Part shown: piece by piece, positions 21,906-31,801 of the stretch
Position numbering within the stretch: the first letter of the stretch is position 1
How the letters are laid out: each line of letters begins with the position of its first letter
DNA from: Candidatus Altiarchaeota archaeon
Lineage (GTDB): Archaea; Altiarchaeota; Altiarchaeia; IMC4; SCGC-AAA252-I15
Assembly: GCA_043804895.1 (NCBI GenBank)
Contig: JAZDIN010000066.1
Location: 1 to 55,571 of the forward strand
Length of the DNA stretch: 55,571 nucleotides
Reading direction: 5' to 3'
Notes under the pieces: generated by a model
What the model was told of the DNA's origin: nothing
The model's database searches: none
Seen by the model: only the letters and a program-made list of their open reading frames with translations
Translations under genes and position numbers: made by a program

Positions 21906-22409
21906 ATGCTTAACTTGGACAGGGCCTTCGCAGGCCGGGGCGGACAAAGGAGGGTCGCGGAGTACTTGATTAAGCACGGGCTGAGGGTCTCACCTGACGG
22001 CCTCCTGCGTGCTGGCGACGTTGAGGTTTCGCAGGTTAGCGTCGCTCGCGTCCTGGACGTGGATAGGAGGGTCGTGAAGTCGACCATAGGGGCAGTCCTT
22101 AGGGATAGGGATTTGGGGAAAATATTCGGGAGCCTATCTGTCACCCCGTCTCTGCGGGAGCTTGCGCCTGTGCTCGGATTCGGGGCTGTGGAGATAATCC
22201 CGACCAACGCTGCAGGGAAGGGAATAGTCGCTGGCGTGACGAGCGCGATAAGCAATGCAGGCGTTGGCATAAGGCAGGTTATAGCAGACGACCCGGTGTT
22301 CGCAGACAACCCAGAGCTGACCATAATAACAGATAAGCCAATACCAAGGAACCTCATAGACAAGATCCTAAAGGTGAAGGGAGTACGGAAGGTCGTGGTC
22401 TTGAACTAG
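21906..22409 (+). CDS. Regulator of amino acid metabolism with ACT domain (COG2150-like)
   Basis: IARxxxVDRRVV-type HTH region and C-terminal ACT domain (GIRQVIADDP..LTIITDKPIP). Confidence 0.85.
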   Translation: MLNLDRAFAGRGGQRRVAEYLIKHGLRVSPDGLLRAGDVEVSQVSVARVLDVDRRVVKSTIGAVLRDRDLGKIFGSLSVTPSLRELAPVLGFGAVEIIPTNAAGKGIVAGVTSAISNAGVGIRQVIADDPVFADNPELTIITDKPIPRNLIDKILKVKGVRKVVVLN

Positions 22410-22452
22410 TTTATTATAGTATCCCGGGAATACTCCCTAATAGGGGCAAAAT

Positions 22453-25400
22453 ATGGCTGAGGCTGCTGAATTAAAAAAAGACCGGGTCGCTAAGGAAACA
22501 TTGGTTCTCATGCAGAATAGGCTTGGTAGGGCACTCAGCAGCATATCTGACATCAAAAGCGCCATGGAGGTATGCATCGACACTGCCATCAAAGCCGCAG
22601 GAATGGACTGCGGAGGCATCTACCAAGTCAACGAAGATTCAAGCCTGGACCTGATGGCGCACATGGGCCTGCCCGATTCCTTCATAAAGGTTGTGAACCA
22701 CTTTGAGGCTGACTCGCCCAACGCGCGCCTAGTCATGGAGGGGAGACCAGTATACACACAACACCAGATGATGGGGTTTGGCACAAGCGATAATGGAGTG
22801 GAAGGCCTCCGAGCATTAGCGGTGATACCCATTAAGTGCGAAGGGCGCGTGATAGCATGCTTGAATATATCCTCCCACACCCTTACTGAGGTCCCGGACA
22901 GAGCACGCAATGCGCTAGGAATCATATCAACACAAATCGGAACGGCCCTTGGCAGGATAGAAGCCGAGAACGCACTCAGGGACAGCGAGGAGAAGTACCG
23001 CCGTCTGGTTGAGATGTCACCAGACGGCATCGCAGTACACAGTGGGGGGAAGATTGTTTTCGTAAACCCCGCGGCTGCGAGGATAATGGGAGTTGGTAGC
23101 GCGGATGAGTGCATAGGGAAGCCGCTCATGGACTTCGTGCACCCAGACTACCGTGAGACTGTGAAGGAGCGGGTCAGGAAGATGAACGCTGGGGAGTTGG
23201 CGCCTCTGATGGAGGAGAAATTCCTGAAAGTCGACGGACGCGCAGTCGACGTTGAAGTGGCAGCCATGCCGATAACGTTCAACAGGCAGCCTGCGATACA
23301 GGTCGTGTTCCGCGATGTTACAGAGCGCAGGAAGATACGGGAGGCACTCAAGGAGAGCGAGGGGAAATACAAGGCGGTGGTCGAGAACGCCAACGACGGC
23401 ATCGCCTTAGTCCAAGACTACAAGCTTGTGTACGTGAACGAGCGGCTGGCGCAGATGATAGGCTATGGAGTTGATGAGTTGACTGGCGCCAGGTTGAAGA
23501 AGTTCATCCACCATGACGAGCTCAAGAAAGTTATGGAAAGGTACAGGAAACGCATCTCAGGGGAGGTCATAAGACAGGTTTACGAGACCGGGCTGAAGCA
23601 TAAAAAAGGCTTCAGAGTGGATGTCGAATTCAGCGCGGTGCTCTTGACATATGAGGGCATGCCGGCGAGCTTGGTGATAGTCCGCGACATAACCGAGCGT
23701 AAGAAGGCTGATGAAAAGTTGCGAACAAGCGAGGAAGAATTCAGACTAACATTCGAGAGTACAAAGGATGCAATCTTCTGGGCGGACCCGGAGACGGGGC
23801 TGATTACAATGTGTAATAAAGCTGCAGAAGCCCTTTTGGAGAAAAGAAGGGACGAGATTATCGGAAAACATCAGACAACAATCCACCCGCCTGAAAAGGC
23901 AGAATATTTCCAAAGGATATTCAAAAAACACATACGACATAAAGGGTGGGTAGACGAGGAGGCGGAGATAATAACCAAAACAGGGAGAGTGGTACCCATC
24001 CAAATAACTGCAACTGCAACCCTAGTCGGGGGAAAACCGATAATCCAGGGGATATTCCGCGACATAACCGAGCGTAAGGCCACAGACAACGCCATCCGCG
24101 AAAGCGAGGAGAAGTACAGGATGCTAATGGAGACGCTGCCGCAGACCGTCCTGATATTCATAGACAACAGAGTCGTCTTCGCCAACACCGCCAGCATCGA
24201 AATGTTCCGCTGCAGAGGGATGGATGACGTCATAGGCAAGGACATAATGGAGCAGATTCCAGATGCTGAGAAAAAACGCGTTCGAATGTACATAAGACAC
24301 CGCCTACAAGGAAAAAAAGACGTCCCAAAACACTACTTCATGACCCTGAAAAGATTGGATGGGGGAGAGTTTCCGGCTGAGATATTCGCAACTAGGGTCA
24401 GTTACAAGGGGCATAACGCCATACAGGTCGTTATATCCGATATAACAGAACGGCTGAAATCCGAGGAAGCTATCAGGGAGTCGGAGAAGAGGTACCGAAT
24501 CACCATAGACTCGATCAAGGACGCGATGCACGTAGCTGACCCGAAGCTTAAGATAATACTCTGCAACAAGACTATGACGGAATGGACCCGGAAGCTGAAG
24601 CTGAAGAAGGACATAGTAGGACATACCGTGTTTGACGTGTTCCCATTCCTCCCAACCAAAGTACGCGAAGAATACCACCAGGTGTTTAAGACGAAGAGTA
24701 TGGTTGTAGCACACGATGTCAACAAGATTGGCAACGTCGAGATGATAACGGAGACGAGGAAGATACCCATCATAGAATCAGGGAAGGTCACCCACGTCCT
24801 AACGGTCATAAGGGACATCACAAAGGAGGAGAAAACGCAGAGAGAGGTCCTTGAGATAAAAGGCCACCTTGAGACCATCTTGGATGGGATAAGCGAATCC
24901 ATAGTCGTCTTAGACAGGAGATACAACATAGTCAGCCACAACCGCGCGTTCCAAGAGTGGGTTGGTGGGGGAAGAACCAGACTCATAGGCTGCAAGTGCT
25001 TCGAAGTCATACACCGGAAGGAGACGCCATGCAGGAGATGCATAATCCGCGACGTCTTCAGGACTGGAAGACCTTCTGAGTCAGTCCACTACCACCAGAC
25101 CAAGAGGGGGAGAGCATACCATGAGGCTAACGCGTACCCGATAGTTAGGGACGGGGACAGAATAGACGAGGCCATCTACGTTTTCAGGGACGTCACCGAC
25201 AGGGAGCGGATGAAGGAGCAGTTGAGGGACAACTACGAGAGGCTTCTTAAGGTGAACGAGGAATTGGTCAAGCTTGACAAGATGAAGACTGAGTTCCTGT
25301 CGATAGCCTCCCATGAGCTTAGGACGCCGCTCACCATAATAAAGGGGTACGCTGAGATTCTCTCGTCAGGGGATTTGGGGAAGTTGAACGAGGAGCAGAA

Positions 25401-25959
25401 GAGCAAGCTGGAGAGGATTAACAGCAACGCCGAACACCTTAACCTCCTGGTCAACAACATACTAGACCTCACGAGGATGGATGCTGGGGAGCTGAATCTC
25501 AGGAAGACTAGATTCAGCATGGGGGGGTTGATTGATGAGGTGATAGGGGATATGGGGCAGCTCGCCCTCAAGAGGAGGATAATGCTGAGCTCGAAGATAA
25601 CTACAAAATCCAGGATACACGCTGACCGAAGTAGGATAAAACAGCTCATTGTGAACCTCCTGGACAACGCCATCAAGTTCACGCCTGATGGCGGAGGCGT
25701 CACCGTATCAGCGTCGGAGGGCAGGGACGTGATGAGAGTCAGCGTCTCAGACACAGGCATAGGAATAAAAAGAAACGAGATAGGGAAGATTTTCAAGCGA
25801 TTCTACCAGGTTGACGCATCATCAAAGCGCAAATACGGCGGCGCAGGCCTCGGGCTTGCGATATGTAAGAGGATAGTCGAACTACACGGTGGCAGCATCG
25901 GAGTCAGAAGCAGGTATAAGTCAGGGACGACCATCACAGTCAACCTCCCATTCAAGTAG
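22453..25959 (+). CDS. Cytoplasmic sensor histidine kinase: GAF + six PAS/PAC + HisKA + HATPase
   Basis: Repeated RDITER PAC ends, H-box SHELRTPL, N-box NLLDNAIKF, DTGIG and GAGLGL. Confidence 0.97.
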   Translation: MAEAAELKKDRVAKETLVLMQNRLGRALSSISDIKSAMEVCIDTAIKAAGMDCGGIYQVNEDSSLDLMAHMGLPDSFIKVVNHFEADSPNARLVMEGRPVYTQHQMMGFGTSDNGVEGLRALAVIPIKCEGRVIACLNISSHTLTEVPDRARNALGIISTQIGTALGRIEAENALRDSEEKYRRLVEMSPDGIAVHSGGKIVFVNPAAARIMGVGSADECIGKPLMDFVHPDYRETVKERVRKMNAGELAPLMEEKFLKVDGRAVDVEVAAMPITFNRQPAIQVVFRDVTERRKIREALKESEGKYKAVVENANDGIALVQDYKLVYVNERLAQMIGYGVDELTGARLKKFIHHDELKKVMERYRKRISGEVIRQVYETGLKHKKGFRVDVEFSAVLLTYEGMPASLVIVRDITERKKADEKLRTSEEEFRLTFESTKDAIFWADPETGLITMCNKAAEALLEKRRDEIIGKHQTTIHPPEKAEYFQRIFKKHIRHKGWVDEEAEIITKTGRVVPIQITATATLVGGKPIIQGIFRDITERKATDNAIRESEEKYRMLMETLPQTVLIFIDNRVVFANTASIEMFRCRGMDDVIGKDIMEQIPDAEKKRVRMYIRHRLQGKKDVPKHYFMTLKRLDGGEFPAEIFATRVSYKGHNAIQVVISDITERLKSEEAIRESEKRYRITIDSIKDAMHVADPKLKIILCNKTMTEWTRKLKLKKDIVGHTVFDVFPFLPTKVREEYHQVFKTKSMVVAHDVNKIGNVEMITETRKIPIIESGKVTHVLTVIRDITKEEKTQREVLEIKGHLETILDGISESIVVLDRRYNIVSHNRAFQEWVGGGRTRLIGCKCFEVIHRKETPCRRCIIRDVFRTGRPSESVHYHQTKRGRAYHEANAYPIVRDGDRIDEAIYVFRDVTDRERMKEQLRDNYERLLKVNEELVKLDKMKTEFLSIASHELRTPLTIIKGYAEILSSGDLGKLNEEQKSKLERINSNAEHLNLLVNNILDLTRMDAGELNLRKTRFSMGGLIDEVIGDMGQLALKRRIMLSSKITTKSRIHADRSRIKQLIVNLLDNAIKFTPDGGGVTVSASEGRDVMRVSVSDTGIGIKRNEIGKIFKRFYQVDASSKRKYGGAGLGLAICKRIVELHGGSIGVRSRYKSGTTITVNLPFK

Positions 25960-26045
25960 AAGTTTACAGCATTCTGTTCCTGTTTTAACACTATTGTGGC
26001 CTCAACCTTAATCCTTGGGAAAGCGAGCATGATTATGTAGCGTGG

Positions 26046-26303
26046 ATGTTGGAGTGCTCGATGGCGCTGGGGTTTAAGGTTGGGGAGTCGAAGGTGACTG
26101 AGAGTATCCTGCGGCACATAAGCGAATGCGACCTGATGTACCGGGAAGTCTACGGGGAGTGCGCCCCAGGCCCTGAGTGCAACGTGTGCAAGAAGCTTAT
26201 CACGATGGGTTTCGAACTCAACCAGGAGAACCTGCCTGAAGTGTGCATAGTACACTGTGAACGGTGGAGGCTACACTCACAGGACAGCGCGGCAGCGCAT
26301 TAG
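26046..26303 (+). CDS. Small Cys-rich hypothetical protein
   Basis: 85-aa ORF filling the gap between the kinase and the convergent dph2 fragment; CNVC and CIVHC. Confidence 0.4.
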   Translation: MLECSMALGFKVGESKVTESILRHISECDLMYREVYGECAPGPECNVCKKLITMGFELNQENLPEVCIVHCERWRLHSQDSAAAH

Positions 26304-26554
26304 AACTTCATGTGGCCGAAGTGTATGAGCAAGTCCAGTTTCAGTTTCTTAGACTGACTCTCCTTCAGGTCGCATGCACCGTACGTCGGGTCCGCGAATA
26401 TTACGGCCTTCGCCCTCGTCTTAGACTCCACCTCGCGCGCGATGTCCAACGCCCTGCCCTTGAGACCTTCCGGGAACTGTAGGCCGACTCTTTTGGCTTT
26501 GGTTTTTTTTATCTCAGCCAGTATCCTTTCGATTTCGAAGTCGTAGTCGGTCAT
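26300..26554 (-). CDS. dph2: Diphthamide synthesis Dph2 N-terminal domain only (84 aa)
   Basis: VGLQFPEGLK, ADPTYGACD and LIHFGH motifs; ATG overlaps the infB stop; ends right after HFGH. Confidence 0.8.
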   Translation of the reverse strand: MTDYDFEIERILAEIKKTKAKRVGLQFPEGLKGRALDIAREVESKTRAKAVIFADPTYGACDLKESQSKKLKLDLLIHFGHMKF

Positions 26555-28275
26555 CCTCCCTTCTTCACCTTCTTTATCTCCCTGAGCACGTCCTTCTCGT
26601 CTTCGGTTAGGTCGTCTATGTTGAGTTTTGCAGTGTCCTCGTGGCTTAGGAACGTGTAGAGGGTGTCTCCCTCGAATATGTGCCTGCCGACTATTGAATC
26701 GTCCATTGAGATGGCGACCTGACTGCCTGCCTTCGCCTCCGTGATGTTCTCGCCTGATGACTGCATCCCACGCACCCTCCCACACACCTTCCCGTCCTCC
26801 CTCATAAGCCGGCACCCGGAGTGCATGGTGCCTGCAACGACTTCCACGCCGAATATCGCAGGCTTGCTCTGACGGAACGTGTGGTCTTTGAGGAACCTTA
26901 TCTTACACGGTGAGGCGACACATTTAGCAACTTCGCGCCTGTCCTCATCCCTCCTCTTTTGGACCCACTCCTTGTAGTCGTCTATGATGCTGTAGATTAC
27001 TTTGCTTTTTAATATAGGGACTGAACTGTCCTGCGCTAAGGTTTCAGCATCAGGCAACGCCAATGTGTTGAACGCTAGGATCACCCCCAAATATTTGTTC
27101 TCGTGTGAAATCGCTGAAGCCTCGGTAACGTCCTGCTTGCTTATCCTCCCTATGCTACCCTTCCGGACTGGAATCTTCTCCCCCTCTAGTATCTTCACCA
27201 TAGCCTCCAGTGAGCCGAGGGTGTCAGCCTTCACTATGACCCCGAGGTCGTCCCTGAGGAACTCCACCTCACCAATCTCCTCCTTGACTTTGCCGACAAG
27301 TTCAAGACCACCGACGTAAATCGGCCCCCCAGGCATCGCTGAGTCGAGCCTCGGCGCGACTATCTTCACACCTGATGCAGCATAAACGCTTCTGACGCTC
27401 TTGAACTGCTTCTTCGGGTCCCGCATCTCGTCAAGGGCCCTCGGCCGAAGCAGCGCCTTCACCTTCGTGACTATCGGCTCACGGGCTGCGACGACGATTG
27501 AGTCGTTCACGTGGATTGTGCCGTCGTAGATTATCGCATCCACTGTCGTGCCAAGGCCTTTAGTCTCCTTCACCTCCAGGATTGTTCCCTTCGCAGGCGA
27601 GTCCAATCCGACGGTGAGTTTCTTGCTCAGGTACGTTTGGGCGAGTCCTATGAGCATCATGAGAAGCTCCTTCACCCCATCCCCGGTCCTCCCTGACACT
27701 GGTATGACCGCCAGGTTCCTGCTGAAGTCCTTGATGTTGTAGTAGAGGTCGCAGTCGAATCCGAGCATGCTAAGGTCCCCTATCAGCTTGTAGATTTTTT
27801 TGTTGAACTCGTCTTTGACGCGGGGAAGCTGCTCATCAAGCTTCACCCCACTCTGCCAGCCGGATATCGCGTCCACCTTGTTGGCTGCGACCACGAACGG
27901 CGTCTTATACTGCTTGAGTATCTCAATGGACTCCCTAGTCTGAGGCATGATGCCCTCGTTCAAGTCTATGACAAGGACGGCAAGGTCTGCGACGCTGCCG
28001 CCACGCTTCCTCAGATTCGTGAACGCCTCATGACCTGGAGTGTCGATGAACAAAAGGCCCCTCAACGGGATTGTTATCTTCATCCTGTCCAACATGCTCC
28101 CGCACAACTCCCTGATTACGTCGAATGGAACGTCAGTGGCGCCGATATGCTGGGTGATTCCGCCAGCCTCCCGGGAGGCCACCACACTGTCGCGGATAAA
28201 ATCCAGAAGAGTGGTCTTACCGTGGTCCACATGCCCCAACACCCCGATAATCGGCTCCCTCGTCTGCTCAACCAT
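26551..28275 (-). CDS. infB: Translation initiation factor aIF5B (IF-2)
   Basis: GHVDHGKT, GGITQHIGA, DTPGHEAF, NKVD and KADTLGSLEA motifs. Confidence 0.98.
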   Translation of the reverse strand: MVEQTREPIIGVLGHVDHGKTTLLDFIRDSVVASREAGGITQHIGATDVPFDVIRELCGSMLDRMKITIPLRGLLFIDTPGHEAFTNLRKRGGSVADLAVLVIDLNEGIMPQTRESIEILKQYKTPFVVAANKVDAISGWQSGVKLDEQLPRVKDEFNKKIYKLIGDLSMLGFDCDLYYNIKDFSRNLAVIPVSGRTGDGVKELLMMLIGLAQTYLSKKLTVGLDSPAKGTILEVKETKGLGTTVDAIIYDGTIHVNDSIVVAAREPIVTKVKALLRPRALDEMRDPKKQFKSVRSVYAASGVKIVAPRLDSAMPGGPIYVGGLELVGKVKEEIGEVEFLRDDLGVIVKADTLGSLEAMVKILEGEKIPVRKGSIGRISKQDVTEASAISHENKYLGVILAFNTLALPDAETLAQDSSVPILKSKVIYSIIDDYKEWVQKRRDEDRREVAKCVASPCKIRFLKDHTFRQSKPAIFGVEVVAGTMHSGCRLMREDGKVCGRVRGMQSSGENITEAKAGSQVAISMDDSIVGRHIFEGDTLYTFLSHEDTAKLNIDDLTEDEKDVLREIKKVKKGG

Positions 28276-28312
28276 GCTCTTATATAAGACAAAGGCCACT
28301 ATAAAAGTCGGG
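28276..28312. promoter_or_regulatory. Compact bidirectional promoter (two opposed TATA boxes, probably leaderless transcripts)
   Basis: 37-bp gap. TTATATAA (28280-28287) lies about 25 nt before ATG 28313, and minus-strand TTTTATA (28300-28306) lies about 25 nt before ATG 28275. Confidence 0.6.
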
Positions 28313-28909
28313 ATGGACAAGTACGTCAAAGACGGTGTCAAGAAGCTTTTCAGCCTCACCAGGACCAAGATTCGGCTAGCCGAGGAGGCCGAGACATTTG
28401 AGGTTAAGCCTGCGCCGCTGCCAGTGGTGAAACTTTTTTCCAATCAGGAGGTTGTTAATGTGGCTGAGTGTAAGGTACTCTGGCAGGAACTTAAGGAGGG
28501 TATGGACTATGACAACGACATGAACGTGGCATCGACTGTCCTCCAACTTTGTGACATAATCGAATGCGTTAAACACAGATTTGAACACCCGGATTACATG
28601 CCACTGCTGACTGAGGAGGAGCTCTCCATGCTGGAGGGCGAGTGCAGGAAAAACGACCGTTCTCTGAACGTCCTCCTGATGACGACGGAACCCCTGTCAG
28701 GAGTGTACTTTGGAGAGGACCCACCCGAGGGGGTTAGGCACTACAGCAGGGTCATATCAGGAATCGCCCCATTCCTCAGATTCGCATACAACTCGAATTA
28801 CCTCTCAGAGGATGTCAAGCTCAGGAACATGAGAGTCCACTACGGCACGAGGACGCTCCTCGGGAACGCAGTCAACTTTGCGCTAAAGGTATTATCGGAT
28901 TTACCCTAG
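28313..28909 (+). CDS. Hypothetical protein (198 aa)
   Basis: Non-overlapping part of the long ORF, starting MDKYVKDG; codon usage like its neighbours. Confidence 0.75.
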   Translation: MDKYVKDGVKKLFSLTRTKIRLAEEAETFEVKPAPLPVVKLFSNQEVVNVAECKVLWQELKEGMDYDNDMNVASTVLQLCDIIECVKHRFEHPDYMPLLTEEELSMLEGECRKNDRSLNVLLMTTEPLSGVYFGEDPPEGVRHYSRVISGIAPFLRFAYNSNYLSEDVKLRNMRVHYGTRTLLGNAVNFALKVLSDLP

Positions 28910-28917
28910 ATCGACCG

Positions 28918-29184
28918 CTAGTATATGTGGTCGTGGTGTTGGAGGTCCTCGAACCGTATTGCGTTACGGTTTTCATCAACCCTGAAGATAAGGACGAAGT
29001 GAGAGTCGATGTGAACGCGTTTGAAACCCTTCATCGTGTGCTTCAGGTTCTTGTAGTGGTGGATGTTAGTGGACGTTGAGATTTCCCCCATCTTTTTTAA
29101 TGTGGCTTCATAGCGGACCTTGTCCTTGTTGAGGAGTTTGCCGAGTATCTTCTCCAGCTTTTCGCTCAGCTCAAGCTCGTACAT
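28918..29184 (-). CDS. Type II toxin, RelE/ParE/YafQ-like mRNA interferase
   Basis: HYKNLKH.MKGFKRVHIDSHFVLIF..HHDHIY pattern; overlaps the upstream antitoxin. Confidence 0.9.
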   Translation of the reverse strand: MYELELSEKLEKILGKLLNKDKVRYEATLKKMGEISTSTNIHHYKNLKHTMKGFKRVHIDSHFVLIFRVDENRNAIRFEDLQHHDHIY

Positions 29185-29419
29185 TCTCTATTTCCCTTCT
29201 AAGTTCCTCGATGGTGGAGAACTTCTTGAACTTCCCGCCATCGATTTTCACCAGCTCAGCTTCATATTCAGGCCTCAAAGAAGGCTCTAGGAATGCGTCC
29301 TCGAACTTTTGGATTATCATGCTGATTGCAGCTGACTTGTTCCTGAGGCCGTATTTGCCTTTCACTATATTCAGTACCCTTGCATCATGTTCATTCAGGT
29401 TCACGATAGCTTGCACCAT
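29171..29419 (-). CDS. Type II antitoxin, DUF2683-like
   Basis: MVQAIVNL..VLNIVKGKYGLRNKS.AI..EP.LRPEY; GGTGA SD. Confidence 0.88.
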   Translation of the reverse strand: MVQAIVNLNEHDARVLNIVKGKYGLRNKSAAISMIIQKFEDAFLEPSLRPEYEAELVKIDGGKFKKFSTIEELRREIENVRA

Positions 29420-29430
29420 GTTAAATCACC

Positions 29431-29465
29431 ATTACATTTTATTATGTAATATAATGAAACATTAT
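29431..29465. promoter_or_regulatory. Candidate toxin-antitoxin operator: two adjacent palindromes
   Basis: ATTACAT-N6-ATGTAAT and ATAATG-N3-CATTAT immediately upstream of the antitoxin. Confidence 0.55.
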
Positions 29466-29493
29466 GTATTTATAAGTTGTTTACAGAGTACAT

Positions 29494-30333
29494 ATGATGA
29501 AGATTACGCCAGTCGCCTTCGAAAGCTTGGGTGTCAGGAGCATGGCCACCCTGGTTGAGGCAGGCAAGAGAGTGTTCATAGACCCGTCGGCGGCCCTTGG
29601 GCCACTCAGGTACGGTTTGCCGCCTCATGAACTTGAACTTCAGGCACTGACTGAGGCCAAAAGGAGGATACATGAAATCGCATCAGGCTGCGACATACTC
29701 ATCATCACCCACTATCACTTCGACCACCACGACCCTGGGGAGACATTCTATGGAGGGAAGACAATACTCGCGAAGGACACCAAAAACAAAATCAACAAAA
29801 GCCAGACTGAACGGGGGAGATACTTCGCAAACCAGCTTCCGGAGGACTGCAAACTGGAGTACGCGGACGGGAGAGAGTTCTACTTCGACGGGCTGAGGAT
29901 ACGTTTCTCTCCTCCTGTCCCACACGGCCCGAAAGGGATAAACCTCGGCTACGTCCTCATGTGCAGGATAGAAGAGGGAGGAGACGTGTTGGTATATTCG
30001 TCAGACGTGCAGGGCCCAGTAGACGAGGAAGCGACCGAGTGGATAATACAAGCTAGGCCCAACCTCCTCATAATGGACGGGCCGCCGACGTACTTCCTCG
30101 GGTACAAGTTCAGCGTCGAGAACATGAGGAAGGCCGAGGAAAATCTCATTCATATAATTGATGAGACGGGATGCGAGGTCATACTAGACCACCACCTCCT
30201 GAGGGACGAAAAATACAGGGAGAGGTTCGCGAGGGTGTACGCCACAGGGAAGGCGAAAAGCGCTGCAGAGTATTTAGGCGTGGAAAACAGGTTACTTGAG
30301 ATGGACAGAAAGAGACTATGGGGCGGAAGATGA
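29494..30333 (+). CDS. UPF0282 / COG2248-like metallo-beta-lactamase-fold hydrolase
   Basis: FESLGVRSMAT, ALGPLRYGLPPH, THYHFDHH, SDVQGP and DHHLLRD motifs. Confidence 0.9.
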   Translation: MMKITPVAFESLGVRSMATLVEAGKRVFIDPSAALGPLRYGLPPHELELQALTEAKRRIHEIASGCDILIITHYHFDHHDPGETFYGGKTILAKDTKNKINKSQTERGRYFANQLPEDCKLEYADGREFYFDGLRIRFSPPVPHGPKGINLGYVLMCRIEEGGDVLVYSSDVQGPVDEEATEWIIQARPNLLIMDGPPTYFLGYKFSVENMRKAEENLIHIIDETGCEVILDHHLLRDEKYRERFARVYATGKAKSAAEYLGVENRLLEMDRKRLWGGR

Positions 30334-31220
30334 AGGTGCCGGCTGAATTCGACAGCTACCACAGGAGGATACTCAAAGACGAATACTTCAAGTTCATGCA
30401 GTATTTCATGAAACCGCAGGAGAGGCAGTCCATTAGAGTGAACACATTAAAGTCTGACATGCGGCAAGTGAAGAGAATCCTCGCAGAACACGCCGTACAA
30501 TACGGGCCGGTAAAATGGTGTCAGGACGGTTTGTGGGTCAACTCCCAGAGCCTCGATTACATGGAACACCAGCTTGGATTGTATTACATACAGTCAGCGT
30601 CTTCTATGATAGCGCCACAAGTCCTTGGGAGAGGGGAACGGGTTCTTGACTTGTGCGCAGCTCCGGGGGGTAAGTCCACACACCTCGCCCAGCTGATGGG
30701 GAATAGAGGATTACTAGTTGCAAACGACAACAACCCTGCGAGAATCCGCGGCCTAGTGTATAATATACAGAGATGCGGCGTCACAAACGCTGTTGTCACG
30801 ATGCTTGACGGGTGCAGGATAGACCGGGAGGGGGAGAGGTTCGACAGAATCCTGGTTGATGCGCCGTGTTCGAGCGTCGGCACCCTACGACAGAGCATGG
30901 AGGTGCTCAGGAAGTGGAGCCTCGAATGGGTCAGGCAACTTAATGTAATACAGAAGAAGATGATACTCTCAGGGTTCGACAGCCTCGCGGACGGCGGCAG
31001 ACTCGTGTACAGCACGTGCACGACGACAGTCGAGGAGAACGAGCACGTCATAGAATACCTGCTGAGGGAGAGGGGGAAGGCGAGGCTTGAGAAGGTTAAG
31101 TTGGATGGGATAAAGCTACGGCACGGCCTCACTGAGAAGACCTTCGACTGCGCCCGCGTCTACCCGCAGGACAACGACACTGAGCCGCATTTCATAGCTG
31201 AGGTGGTTAAAGGTGGATGA
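30330..31220 (+). CDS. RsmB/NOP2-family RNA m5C methyltransferase
   Basis: LDLCAAPGGKST, DAPCS and YSTCT..EENE motifs. Confidence 0.95.
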   Translation: MKVPAEFDSYHRRILKDEYFKFMQYFMKPQERQSIRVNTLKSDMRQVKRILAEHAVQYGPVKWCQDGLWVNSQSLDYMEHQLGLYYIQSASSMIAPQVLGRGERVLDLCAAPGGKSTHLAQLMGNRGLLVANDNNPARIRGLVYNIQRCGVTNAVVTMLDGCRIDREGERFDRILVDAPCSSVGTLRQSMEVLRKWSLEWVRQLNVIQKKMILSGFDSLADGGRLVYSTCTTTVEENEHVIEYLLRERGKARLEKVKLDGIKLRHGLTEKTFDCARVYPQDNDTEPHFIAEVVKGG

Positions 31221-31596
31221 GCTCTTAGATAGACTGAACGAATACTACGGCTCAACCTACAAACCGGAGGGTAAGCTCATCCTAAGGAAAGAGAAACTCT
31301 TCTTATACAGTGGCCCGGACACTAAGCTCCCATACGACTGGATCGGCTCACACATCGCCAACACCGATTTGTCGCTGAGCATTGAGGGAGCCCAGAAGTT
31401 AGGCACCACAGCCACGAAGAACGTCGTCACAGTGACTAAAGAGGAAGCCGAACGATACTACCAGGGAGTAGACCTACTAGGCTACCCAGGCTGCGGCCAC
31501 AGGATACTCAAAACAACGGAGAGGATAATCGGCCCAGGAGAGATACAAGACGACACCATAAAGAACACGCTGCCGCAGTCGAGGAAAACGAGCTGA
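31213..31596 (+). CDS. NOL1/NOP2/Fmu-associated PUA-like protein (RsmF C-terminal-like)
   Basis: LSIEGAQKLG..ATKNVV..EEA..Y..G.DL..N.LP.SR; coupled to the m5C methyltransferase. Confidence 0.8.
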   Translation: MDELLDRLNEYYGSTYKPEGKLILRKEKLFLYSGPDTKLPYDWIGSHIANTDLSLSIEGAQKLGTTATKNVVTVTKEEAERYYQGVDLLGYPGCGHRILKTTERIIGPGEIQDDTIKNTLPQSRKTS

Positions 31597-31678
31597 TACT
31601 ATGCAATCATGCCATAACTGCGGCGTTTTGTCATCTTCTATTGAACACAGCAACATAAAAACCCGGAACCAGACCGCC

Positions 31679-31734
31679 TACAAGACGACGCGATAAAAAA
31701 CACCATGCTGAAGTCGAGGAAGACAAGTACCTGA
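31679..31734 (+). pseudogene. Diverged duplicate of the 3' end of the preceding gene
   Basis: Encodes QDDAIKNTMLKSRKTST* versus QDDTIKNTLPQSRKTS* at 31546-31596. Confidence 0.65.
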
Positions 31735-31801
31735 ACAATGGGCATATATATATGCTTCCTAGATATAACACAGAAAAAAAATGCCGAACGAGGTGTAGAA
31801 A

